From NCBI GenBank assembly GCA_000004985.1, contig GG738848.1: 64,000 bases of DNA; one strand, 5' to 3'. This document shows, piece by piece, positions 54,401 through 62,997 of this stretch. The notes beneath the pieces are model-generated. The model ran no database searches, was not told the DNA's origin, and was given only the letters and a program-made list of their open reading frames with translations. The DNA is from Naegleria gruberi. Lineage: Eukaryota. Every line of letters begins with the position of its first letter. The first letter of the stretch is position 1. A program made the position numbers and the translations under genes.

Positions 54401-55391
54401 CTCTAATATTCATAATCTTGTCTTTAAATAGTTTCTCCATTGTATAATATTTGACAAATCTCATAGCAGAAACTAATTGTGAAATAATTTCACTTCTTTC
54501 GTCCTGGTTCGACTCTATAATCTTTTCCATTCTCTGCTCCCAAATCATACAAACAATAGAAATTGGAATAATCACAAGTAAAATGGCAGAGAATCCAACA
54601 AGTGCTGAAATTCCTAGAAGAAATATTGAGAAGGAAATGGAAACTGAAATGTAAACAAAAGCTCCAATGATAATTTCAACATGATAGTAAAACCATTCGA
54701 ACTTTTCAGTGTCAGTCGTTGCAATATTCATAACCGTTCCAGTTGAGTATTCTTGCTTGGAGCTAGAGTTTAGTTTAAGTGTCTTGTTGTAAATTGCATT
54801 AGAAAGGGAACTCTTTGTAAACTCTCCAATTTCTTGAGCAATGAATAGGCCGTGATCTGCACAGAATGTTTTCACAACCTTACAAATAAATAGGATTATA
54901 CAAAAACCAACAATATATGAAACTGATTCAATATTCAAGTCATTATTGGAAAGTGTACTTTCACAATATATCAAAATAATGTTCAAAATGAATAATCTTG
55001 CAACTTCTGAACCAATCAATATCAATTTCAATACAAATGCCCAAGCAATCTGTAAAAAGTACAACTTGACAAAAAACCAAGCACATTTCCATGTGGAAAT
55101 TTCAGCTGAATTCTCAAATGTTTCAATAAACTTTTCAAAGGGTTTCGAGCTTGATCTAAATCCCCATGATGGCTGCATCTTGGTCAATTCATTCAATTCT
55201 AAAAATCCTTTAGAAAAAACCTTCTTAATCATTGGCTGTACTGAACTAAACGTGAATGCACTCCATAAATGTCCAATCGAACATCCATTAGAATATGCTG
55301 TTTCGTCATATATCGTTTCCTTCCTTCTAAATGTTGAAGAGCATTGGGACATTTCAAGTTGTTGTTGTGTTTTTTTGATATTTTCATTCAT
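51435..55391 (-). CDS. ABC transporter, subfamily C (MRP-like) full transporter: TMD-NBD-TMD-NBD, 1318 aa, apparently a single exon.
   Basis: Two Walker A motifs (GKVGSGKSS; GRTGCGKSS). ABC signature NLSGGQQLRVSLAR with Walker B VYLLDDPLSAVD, then a second signature-like ISAGTRQLLCLARAL with Walker B ILVLDEAT. Two blocks of 6 TM helices. Confidence 0.9.
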   Translation of the reverse strand: MNENIKKTQQQLEMSQCSSTFRRKETIYDETAYSNGCSIGHLWSAFTFSSVQPMIKKVFSKGFLELNELTKMQPSWGFRSSSKPFEKFIETFENSAEISTWKCAWFFVKLYFLQIAWAFVLKLILIGSEVARLFILNIILIYCESTLSNNDLNIESVSYIVGFCIILFICKVVKTFCADHGLFIAQEIGEFTKSSLSNAIYNKTLKLNSSSKQEYSTGTVMNIATTDTEKFEWFYYHVEIIIGAFVYISVSISFSIFLLGISALVGFSAILLVIIPISIVCMIWEQRMEKIIESNQDERSEIISQLVSAMRFVKYYTMEKLFKDKIMNIRETEMRNIKKGFISDAGMECLWNTFAPFISFVSFVHFCYFSNQSLSVSLAFSFLNALELVRYETIQLPSSALQVSRAVTGFNRIVKFLRAEEVSHQIAQVENDEIITEMKDASFTWDPVDSTEPVSCLKGMNLSIRKSEFICVIGKVGSGKSSFLSSLLGETRLIDDGCSTFQKQSKLKYAYCSQDSWIRNQTIRENITFGEEFNSERYSKVLHACNLETDLYQISKEILDLSMIGENGVNLSGGQQLRVSLARCLYSNADVYLLDDPLSAVDVHTADHIMKFGILPLLEAGKTTIMVTNQIHFIDKAERILVFEDGKIIQNGTYHELYQDSNNVFRNLIDEFSKKKEEVEEDLFETEQEEIKPTLQLLPNDDESLEKFTSIEEEQRVKGTVWENYKTLLKFAVGYNKPIFVVICILGIIFKILDVVHQYVLTKWSTDEKYENFTLIFYLMTYLGSAILYVCVDVMGNFLALSHYLNTAKKLHEKLMNSIVNSCITFFDNTPVGRIIARFTRDTNQIDSELNSLLREFVPVLMFWIFGLVTILILSPFSIFILVILFPIILYYQSYFRVTLRELSTLSGIYSSPLSSQISETLNGLQTIRAFGKEELMKDLFEFKADNHVHVRYNIQCMYKYFDIRNEILGGLAVSVIIMSSVLASGGPLVGMIILQATSNFDVLYYLSYLLVLIENGLVSIQRIDQYSNLESEKYEPEGVGEKVESFASEGNINFNNVLMRYKSLESNNQVTNKLVLKGINLTIKEKERIAVCGRTGCGKSSLIQSLFRMQEIESESSILVDGIDIRNVPLETLRSALCIIPQQPTLFKGTLRDNLDGYSQFTDRELWNALEKVGMKDKLFQLSNEESDEIQPRATGLGMEISENGENISAGTRQLLCLARALIRNCKILVLDEATALCDLETDKLIQQVLRNEFSQKCTVICVAHRLETILDYDKVVVIDDGIVKEFASPTQLLNDHSSMFYAMVQKHNKIQLGSFQ

Positions 55392-56621
55392 TGAAAAACG
55401 TGTTTTTGTGTTTTTTAAAGGATAACCGAAGGTTACCGTTCAAGAGGTTCAAAGGTGAATTTGAAAGTAGTAAGGAAGCATTTCTTGTTGATTTCAAGGG
55501 AATCTCATTGTAAACTAATGAGACTCAGATATTGTGGTTAATTTGAACCTCAATCTTGAAAATGAGAATTTCAAAATTGATTGCCATTGGAATGTTTAAA
55601 TTTGATTGAATATTTAGAAGTGAATTATAATAATTCATGTTGAATGAATACTCCGTGATCCTCAGGAGGTTAAATTTACTAATTCTCAGCAATTGATGAA
55701 GGTGTGATGGGTGCTTCTAATGTTGGACATGATGATGTTTCGAATCGGAATGGTTACATGTTGTTATAATAATAATTCGTAATTCGTTTCTTGAGCAGAA
55801 GACTCCTTGTTGGGTTGTTTTATCCAATCATGATGTTGTTGTAGTGTGGATTTTTTTATTAAAATTTAAAAAGCAATCAAATTTGGCGGTTTTCCAAAGT
55901 AACGGTTTTTTCAAATAAAAAATAAACAAGACACTTTATTAGAGACATGTTCATCGTCTTGTTGTTTGTCTAAAAGCAATACACTTGGATGTACACCGTG
56001 TAGACGTGCGGTTCATACATGATACTAAAAGCTATTGGAGAACATAATATGATTATAATTTAATCAGGCTTTTTGTTAGTCTGGTACCATCATAATATTA
56101 AATTCAGCATCATAGCGGTTTAAGGATTCCTACTCTGCAGCCCTTCAATACAACATCTAACAACTATGACTCAAAATATGTTATATTGTTGATTGATGAA
56201 GAATGGAACGATAGCTACCAGGAAATGTTATTAGAAGGTAGATGAAATTTATATGGCAGATGATGCTCTTGTTGCTTCATCAGGCTTCGACACTTGGCAA
56301 ACAGACTAAGAGTTCGCAATTACCTTTTAATCATACTCAATATCCAGTTTATCACAATATAGGAAGAGCCCACTTTGCAATATCACATGTTTTATTATTA
56401 CAATATCATTTTGATATTGTTGAATATTATATAATTCAATTTAATGGTTTTCCACAAAAGAAGTCATGGTTTCGTTCATTTGAAAGGGTTAGAATGGTTT
56501 ATTACAATATAATACATGGTGGTGTATGCCATTTTGTGGCAATACTGAATTCGCGCTAAATGTGTTCAGTTAGAGAGAAATGGTTTCGTCAGAAGTATTG
56601 AGAGAAGAAGAAACGGTTTGT

Positions 56622-56795
56622 TTAGAATACCATTCCAATAACAGCCAAGATAGCAATCAATAACATGGCAGCAAATCCTTGTTCAGCAGCACCAGCATAT
56701 ACTTCAGATTCGTGATATTGAGCATTAATTGGTGAGGCAAAGAAGAACATGATACAAGCCAAGAGCATCATGACGAGGAAAGTTTGAGTGTTCAT
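56622..56795 (-). CDS. Small ORF (57 aa) not in the track, encoding a signal-peptide plus C-terminal-TM micropeptide: MNTQTFLVMMLLACIMFFFASPINAQYHESEVYAGAAEQGFAAMLLIAILAVIGMVF.
   Basis: Hand translation of the minus strand. ATG at 56795-56793 and TAA at 56624-56622. Hydrophobic N- and C-termini flank a polar core. Confidence 0.35.
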   Translation of the reverse strand: MNTQTFLVMMLLACIMFFFASPINAQYHESEVYAGAAEQGFAAMLLIAILAVIGMVF

Positions 56796-57329
56796 TTTGA
56801 ATAGTTTTGATTAGTTTTGTTTAGTTGTTTTGTTTTGTTATTGTTTCAGAATCTAACGGCACAGTTGTTAATTTATAGGACTTTTCGAATACATACTGAA
56901 ATGGTCAAGTGGTTCCGTAAATGCTTCCATTACGAAATTTGTGTTCATCACTACAATTTAAGAAAACGGCTGCCGATATGAATTTTCTTCAAATGTAGTA
57001 TTCAGATAACAACATCGGCAATAATACAACCATTCTCAAATTCATCCACTTCTCAAAAAGACGAAACTAATCTCTACATGAATTTGAGAGAATCAAATCA
57101 TGCGATATCAAAACGAATATTACACTCACTTTCCTAACATTCTATTTTATTGGCATATTAGAAAAATTCAATATGGAATTGGAAACACAAGTTTACAATT
57201 CTAAACATCTCTTAATATATTGACCTGACTTGAAAAACTTTACAAATCTCTTTACAAAGTCTTTCGGTGTAAGGAGGAATTGTTGTGGCATTTTGATCGA
57301 TATCCGTAAAATTAAATAATAAAATGGTT

Positions 57330-57402
57330 TGCTGACGGACGGGATCGAACCGGCGACCAATGGCTTATTAGACCAACGCTCTACCGACTGAGCTACGCCA
57401 GC
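57330..57402 (-). tRNA. tRNA-Ile (anticodon AAT), 73 nt, no encoded CCA.
   Basis: The reverse complement GCTGGCGTAGCTCAGTCGGTAGAGCGTTGGTCTAATAAGCCATTGGTCGCCGGTTCGATCCCGTCCGTCAGCA folds as a cloverleaf: 7-bp acceptor stem, D-loop AGTCGGTAGA, anticodon loop CTAATAA, and T-loop GGTTCGATCC. Near-identical to eukaryotic tRNA-Ile(AAU). Confidence 0.9.
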
Positions 57403-57567
57403 TTACATTCATTACAAATAACCTATAGAATTATGTAATAAAACAAATAACAATTTGTGCGAGATCCAATTTATCCTAGCTGTTAGCAATTCATTATTAA
57501 AATTGTTTTAATACAGCAGATCTCGTCAATCATCACAAGTTGATAGTGTGGTTGTATTGTAATGTAA

Positions 57568-57648
57568 GTTGAGGTGGCCGAGTGGTTAAGGCGCCAGCCT
57601 GCTAAGTTGGTGGAGAAATCCGCGTGGGTTCGAATCCCATCCTCAACG
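57568..57648 (+). tRNA. tRNA-Ser (anticodon GCT), 81 nt with a long variable arm, no encoded CCA.
   Basis: GTTGAGGTGGCCGAGTGGTTAAGGCGCCAGCCTGCTAAGTTGGTGGAGAAATCCGCGTGGGTTCGAATCCCATCCTCAACG. Acceptor GTTGAGG / CCTCAAC, D-arm TGGCCGAGTGGTTAAGGCG, anticodon loop CTGCTAA, variable arm, T-arm GTGGGTTCGAATCCCAT. Confidence 0.9.
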
Positions 57649-57741
57649 ATTTTGCTTGTTGGGTAAAATAAATTTTTGAACTGCTTTACTTGTTATTTCC
57701 ATTTTGATTTTCTTCTGAAGAAGCATGTACAATATATTTCA

Positions 57742-58947
57742 TTATTTATTGAAAGAAGTATTGTCAAATGCAACTTTTGTGTCTTGAAACAAATCTTGAA
57801 GAAATGAATAATCGACATCATTGTCGACCACCTTTTCCACAACTGGGACTGGATTTGAAACATTGATAAATATCAATTTCTTCAGTTTCTCATAGAATTC
57901 AGAAATAATATCAGCAAGAGGTTGGACAAGAACTTGGAAGACACCTGTCAGAATATTCCAAATAAATTTCCAAGTAAATGAAACTGTGGCTGCACCCACT
58001 TTGGTGGATTCAATTAAATATTTGACAAATGATTGCAAATATCCATTAAAATTATAGTTGAATGAATCCTTTTCCTTAAATAGTGAAATAATTTGAGTAA
58101 TTGTGAAATAGGCCAATCCTGCTACAGCTGTGATAAACAAAGATTTGAGATCTAATTTGATTTTCTTCATGGCCAAAGCAGGAACTAGAACTGAAGTAAT
58201 GGCCAGCAATTTTTCATAGCTGAAAGTTTTTAAAAGGTAAACTTCTGAAACAAGTTCCCAAATCTTTCCTAAAAATTGAGAAATGGTTTCGTCTTGAAAA
58301 TCAAATGGACTTGAAATTGGGACTACCTTATCTCCACTACATAGTAATGCCAATTGTTTGAAATTAATCAAATTCTTTGCCTTTTTGAAAAGAGTTTTCA
58401 TATCTGAACGTTGGTCAACTGTGGCATACGGTTGACAGTTCAGTGTCAAGATAGAAATGTCCTTGTCAGGATACTGTTTCTTCATCTTGTAAGCAACTTC
58501 ACAGGCAACGCTTCCTCCAGCTTTATAGCCAGTTACAATAATGTTGTAATTGGTTGTTTTAACTGAAGGCGCAAACTTTTCATAAATCATATTCGAAACT
58601 TGGCTAATAGTTTCCAAATCCTCCTTCTCTTCATTAAATGACTTGCAAACCAAAACGATCAATTGCTTGCCATCAAATTGAATAAATTGTCCAAGAGAAA
58701 TTCTATTCTCAAAGTTACACGAAACGGTCGAATCTGCAATGAGAGGTTTTACGTCTTGTTGCGAAACAACTTGTGCAAGCCATTTCTTTGTTGGAAAATT
58801 GTCAATGTCAATGACTTGCAATTCTTCGAATGGTTGGCTAGTCACGACAGGAATGAGAGATTCTAATGAATGGACCGATTCTAATGGTGTTAGTGATTCT
58901 ACTGATTCGACTGAGGATGTGAACCATCCTGTTAACCAACTTGACAT
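57742..58947 (-). CDS. Lipase class-3-like protein (401 aa) with a degenerate nucleophile motif (GYKAG in place of GHSxG), so a probable pseudoenzyme. C-terminal hydrophobic region.
   Basis: Collinear with the 59120 paralog (NIIVTGYKAGGSVACEVAYKM aligns to KVICCGHSRGAGIASYLGYHI). The catalytic Ser position is Lys. Confidence 0.55.
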   Translation of the reverse strand: MSSWLTGWFTSSVESVESLTPLESVHSLESLIPVVTSQPFEELQVIDIDNFPTKKWLAQVVSQQDVKPLIADSTVSCNFENRISLGQFIQFDGKQLIVLVCKSFNEEKEDLETISQVSNMIYEKFAPSVKTTNYNIIVTGYKAGGSVACEVAYKMKKQYPDKDISILTLNCQPYATVDQRSDMKTLFKKAKNLINFKQLALLCSGDKVVPISSPFDFQDETISQFLGKIWELVSEVYLLKTFSYEKLLAITSVLVPALAMKKIKLDLKSLFITAVAGLAYFTITQIISLFKEKDSFNYNFNGYLQSFVKYLIESTKVGAATVSFTWKFIWNILTGVFQVLVQPLADIISEFYEKLKKLIFINVSNPVPVVEKVVDNDVDYSFLQDLFQDTKVAFDNTSFNK

Positions 58948-59119
58948 TTTTTTGAAGATTTGAAGCTTGACAGTTGCATTAGAGAATGATTAGTTGTGCT
59001 TCACGATCACGTTTTGATTAATAACCCAAAAAATCTTAAACGTGATAATCATTTTGTTCAAAGTGTCAAATATCAATCACGTTTTACATTTTAAATAATT
59101 AATTCGAAAAAAAATAGAA

Positions 59120-60250
59120 ATGACACTCACCAACATTGATATTGAAAATAAAGAGATTTTAAAGTGGCTATGCAAAAGAACAAACTCAATCTATAGCTCA
59201 ACTTTGTTGCCAGAATTGTCAGAACTTCCGTTGAAATCTGGCAGCTTGATATTTCATGATAACAATAATTCAGTATTGGCAGTAGCAGATATATATGATT
59301 CAATAGGATCAGTAGTGGTTACTTGTAAAGGAAGTCAATCAATCTATGACTGGGTGTCAAATTTCACTGAATTTCCAACAACTTCTAATCAAAATTCTAT
59401 TCCTGATTTCATTTACGAGAATGCATTGAAAATTTCACAGAAATTTGATAGAGAATCGCCAAATATTTTCAATAATAAGAAGGTGATTTGTTGTGGGCAT
59501 AGTAGAGGTGCAGGAATTGCTTCTTATTTGGGCTATCATATTGCTTCAAATTCCAAGAACTGTCAAGTGTCTGTTTTGACATTTAGCTCAATTCCATATG
59601 CCAATGATCAATTTAAAACTGCTTTCGACAATGTAATTTACAAAGCTAAGAATATCATTTCAATTCTAGATCCACTTCAAACTTTATGGGTTTCTAGAAA
59701 TATCCCAGGAGAAACTAGAATATTGGAATTCACCTATCCAGGTGCATCAGCAATTGCACTCTTTACCATTCCACTAACAGCATTCGTTAAGGAGATTCAT
59801 TGTCTGTTTGACAAAATTTTCCATTTGCAAGGAATTTCTGAAATATTGGAATGTGCAACATCTTTTGCCTTATTTAAAGGTACAAGTCAATTCTTGTCCT
59901 TTTCTGGACTGGTGACCATGTTTCTTATGGATGTTGGAGTTAATGTATTCCAAGGAAAGTGTCACAAGATGGATTATACACAGCATGTAGTTGGAGGTGG
60001 CGTTGAACCTCTTATTAAGGCAGTTTTTGAGTTGCTGTCTGATGTCAACAACAAGACAACCAACCTGGTGAATTTGATAACTAAGTTTGTGATGGGACCA
60101 TTATTTGGATTGTTGAAGAAACTTTTCGTGAATGTTGTTGATCTGATCGATCAATTATGGAACGCCCTAAAGGAATTTGTGGGACAAGCTGTTAATTTCT
60201 TTAAATCTAGTTTATCTTTGATTTCCTATCATCCAATAGTGCAAAATTAA
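59120..60250 (+). CDS. Lipase class-3 (fungal-lipase-like alpha/beta hydrolase) protein (376 aa) with an intact GHSRG nucleophile elbow.
   Basis: VICCGHSRGAGIASYLGYHIA (GHSxG lipase_3 motif). Hydrophobic C-terminal third. Divergently oriented to the 57742 paralog. Confidence 0.6.
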   Translation: MTLTNIDIENKEILKWLCKRTNSIYSSTLLPELSELPLKSGSLIFHDNNNSVLAVADIYDSIGSVVVTCKGSQSIYDWVSNFTEFPTTSNQNSIPDFIYENALKISQKFDRESPNIFNNKKVICCGHSRGAGIASYLGYHIASNSKNCQVSVLTFSSIPYANDQFKTAFDNVIYKAKNIISILDPLQTLWVSRNIPGETRILEFTYPGASAIALFTIPLTAFVKEIHCLFDKIFHLQGISEILECATSFALFKGTSQFLSFSGLVTMFLMDVGVNVFQGKCHKMDYTQHVVGGGVEPLIKAVFELLSDVNNKTTNLVNLITKFVMGPLFGLLKKLFVNVVDLIDQLWNALKEFVGQAVNFFKSSLSLISYHPIVQN

Positions 60251-60276
60251 AATTTGTAGTAATATCCTTATTCTTT

Positions 60277-61521
60277 TTATAATGAAAAATGATAGAATTC
60301 TCTCGTAAAACTCAAAGGACGGCTATTATATAATTTACACAAAGATTTCAATTCAAATTTGTAAAAACCTGTATCAATAATTCCTCCATAGCTATCTCTT
60401 GAATATGCTCCATGATACCTATGAAATTCAGCAATATTTTGCACAATCAATCCATAACCTCCTCCTTGATAAGGGCATTCCAATATTTTTGGTTTAAACT
60501 TGGAATAAATAATATCAAAGGGATGGACTCTTGAACTCTTCATATGAACCCCTCCAGAAGAAGTTGTCATTCCATAGAAGAAACATCCAATTAATACTCG
60601 GTAGATTCCAACATCTTTGCAATCTTGAAAAGTGTTCGAATTATTCTTGCTGTAAATACGACTTTTGAGAAATCCAGGAGTGTAGTATTGGTAAATTTGG
60701 TCAATTGTGGTCAAGTTTCTTGTATAGCAATTTATGTAAGTCACATCCAGCATGAAACATGTCTCAGTTCCGTCGAGTTTTCCCATTAAAAAATAATGTA
60801 CCAAGTTGGTTGTAGAACTTGCTGTGTCAAAAGTTTTGAGTTTGATGTAAACTTGTTTCTTTTCTTGATCCACATCAAGAATGTCAACCAATCTTGAAAG
60901 TATTTCATTTTCTAACATTAAATTGACATTCTTGCAATCTGAAATATTCAAATATTTGACAATCTCCAAAATGGAATCAAATTTCAAATCAAATTCAATG
61001 TGCATAACATTTGTATTCTTCCGTTCAGCACCAATGATTGAATAGAAAGTCTCTTTCTTCATTCGTTCATTCCCCATATTAAAATTGTTCTTGACTTCGT
61101 CTAACGAATTGCAATCATTCTTTTCCAAATCAAAACTCTTTGTATGATCAAAACCACATTTGAATCGAATAATTATCTTTGATCTCTTAATATTTACAAC
61201 ATGATCATGACCATTTGGCATGACTTTTCCCTCCTGTATAGATTGCTCCATCAAACCCTCATGATCATTCGATCCATCACTCACCACTGGAGCATAATTT
61301 CTACTATTCATAAATTGCTCCAAAAGTTGTTGATCTAAATTTTCTCTCTTCTTCCGATCATGAAAAGTAATCCTTGTCTTGACAATAATTCCGAAACTCT
61401 GCAAAATTTCAATCAGGGATGATTTATCAGCATTCTTCTTGTTATTATTATTTGTATTCTTTTCCCTCCTCTTGTGATGATCAGAAGCTGATGAACCTCT
61501 CTTTACATCATGTTGAGACAT
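60277..61521 (-). CDS. Hypothetical protein (414 aa). No domain recognised.
   Basis: Long ORF with a basic Asn-rich N-terminus and a Gly/Tyr-rich C-terminal region (GGGYGLIVQNIAEFHRYHGAYSRDSYGGIIDTGFYKF). Confidence 0.4.
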   Translation of the reverse strand: MSQHDVKRGSSASDHHKRREKNTNNNNKKNADKSSLIEILQSFGIIVKTRITFHDRKKRENLDQQLLEQFMNSRNYAPVVSDGSNDHEGLMEQSIQEGKVMPNGHDHVVNIKRSKIIIRFKCGFDHTKSFDLEKNDCNSLDEVKNNFNMGNERMKKETFYSIIGAERKNTNVMHIEFDLKFDSILEIVKYLNISDCKNVNLMLENEILSRLVDILDVDQEKKQVYIKLKTFDTASSTTNLVHYFLMGKLDGTETCFMLDVTYINCYTRNLTTIDQIYQYYTPGFLKSRIYSKNNSNTFQDCKDVGIYRVLIGCFFYGMTTSSGGVHMKSSRVHPFDIIYSKFKPKILECPYQGGGYGLIVQNIAEFHRYHGAYSRDSYGGIIDTGFYKFELKSLCKLYNSRPLSFTREFYHFSL

Positions 61522-61591
61522 TTTTTATAAATTCCGAGATGAACAAATCTACCATCATCATCATTTAAATTCACTGGGATAATTATTTGGT

Positions 61592-62329
61592 TTATTCACT
61601 TTCATTAATTGGCTTGATCTCATCATCTTCTAATTCTTGATTTCCATTCTTATTCTTCTTCATCTTGTTGATCACTCTACGGACAAGTCCCAATACTTTC
61701 AATGCGATGAAACTCATCACAATGAAACCACCATTAAGCATCATGACAATAAAAACCTTCCTTGGAATGTAAGTGACATTTGGTGGAACCATTGTTAAAT
61801 CATTGAAATTATTAAGGAAACAATAATATTTCGTAAGGGGTTGCATACTTGCCAATACTTCATTGGCCAATGAAAAACTTGTGGTAACAACGCCTGAATA
61901 GAGAACTCCATCACTCGGAGTGTTGACCATTGATACTAGCCAAGCTGGTGAATAACAAGATCCTCCAATAGAGCACGTCTCTGCACTCTTTGGAATCGTA
62001 CGCCTATCAGATTCTTCTCTCGAATAGACCGGTGTAATAATTGTCTCTGAATTTTGATAATACAATGATTTCAGATGAATTGGAGTAACAAAATTGAATT
62101 CTCTCTTTGCAATCTCACAATCATAAGCAGTACATCTGTGCTCATTCAATGAGGATAAAATCATCTCACACGAACGAATGGTTTCCGTATTTTCCAATCC
62201 ATATTGTCGGAAAAACTCTGTCAATATATAAGTAAATACCACAATGGAAACAATTAGAGTCATTAAGAGAATGAACCGAATAGGATCCTTCCTTGCCAAT
62301 TCCTTAATCTGCTCCAATTTATCTAACAT
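61592..62329 (-). CDS. Hypothetical membrane protein (245 aa) with two TM segments and a lumenal Cys-containing domain.
   Basis: TM helices IRFILLMTLIVSIVVFTYIL and VFIVMMLNGGFIVMSFIALKVLGLV. Confidence 0.4.
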   Translation of the reverse strand: MLDKLEQIKELARKDPIRFILLMTLIVSIVVFTYILTEFFRQYGLENTETIRSCEMILSSLNEHRCTAYDCEIAKREFNFVTPIHLKSLYYQNSETIITPVYSREESDRRTIPKSAETCSIGGSCYSPAWLVSMVNTPSDGVLYSGVVTTSFSLANEVLASMQPLTKYYCFLNNFNDLTMVPPNVTYIPRKVFIVMMLNGGFIVMSFIALKVLGLVRRVINKMKKNKNGNQELEDDEIKPINESE

Positions 62330-62997
62330 TGATTTTTTTCTTTTTGATTTTAAAATCGCGAATTTCCATTGAGCTTAATACTATTTCCAACCAACTTCCA
62401 AGATAAAGCTAGTTCGTGTAACTAGTTAAAGATATTACGGCATGTTACCTGTTGTTGTTTTTTAAAAGATTTGGAAAACGATCAAGCTTCTTATTATCGA
62501 GAGTTAAGATAACATGATGTGCCACCATGCCAATTTTAAGATCAATCCACTGATATCAAAGCCAACAAGCCCAAACTCAAGAAGTGTTAATGTTGAATGG
62601 TTATGTGAATGCTCATGTGTAACTCAAGTGCCCTAACTTCCTTATACTCAGTCAATTACAACAGATCTACCCAAACTTTTCTTTTCTTGTTCAATATTTT
62701 CAATATTCTTGATAGGAAACAATAGACAATATATTGTTTTAATTTCACTCTACAGGAACACCTTTGGGACTTCATTCTTCCACAATCAAGAGCAAGTTTT
62801 CCGGTTGTAAATCATTCAATGAAATTGAGAGAGGATTCGTATAGGAGTTTGTTTCTAATGTTTCTAATGATGAGAAGAGAAAAAATCTTGGTCACCACTT
62901 GGATATGAGCCCGATGAAAAGGCAAATATCAAGGTTGACTAACCGATTTGTGTTAAAACTAATCAAAAAAAAATAATCAAACATCTGACACTTTCAC

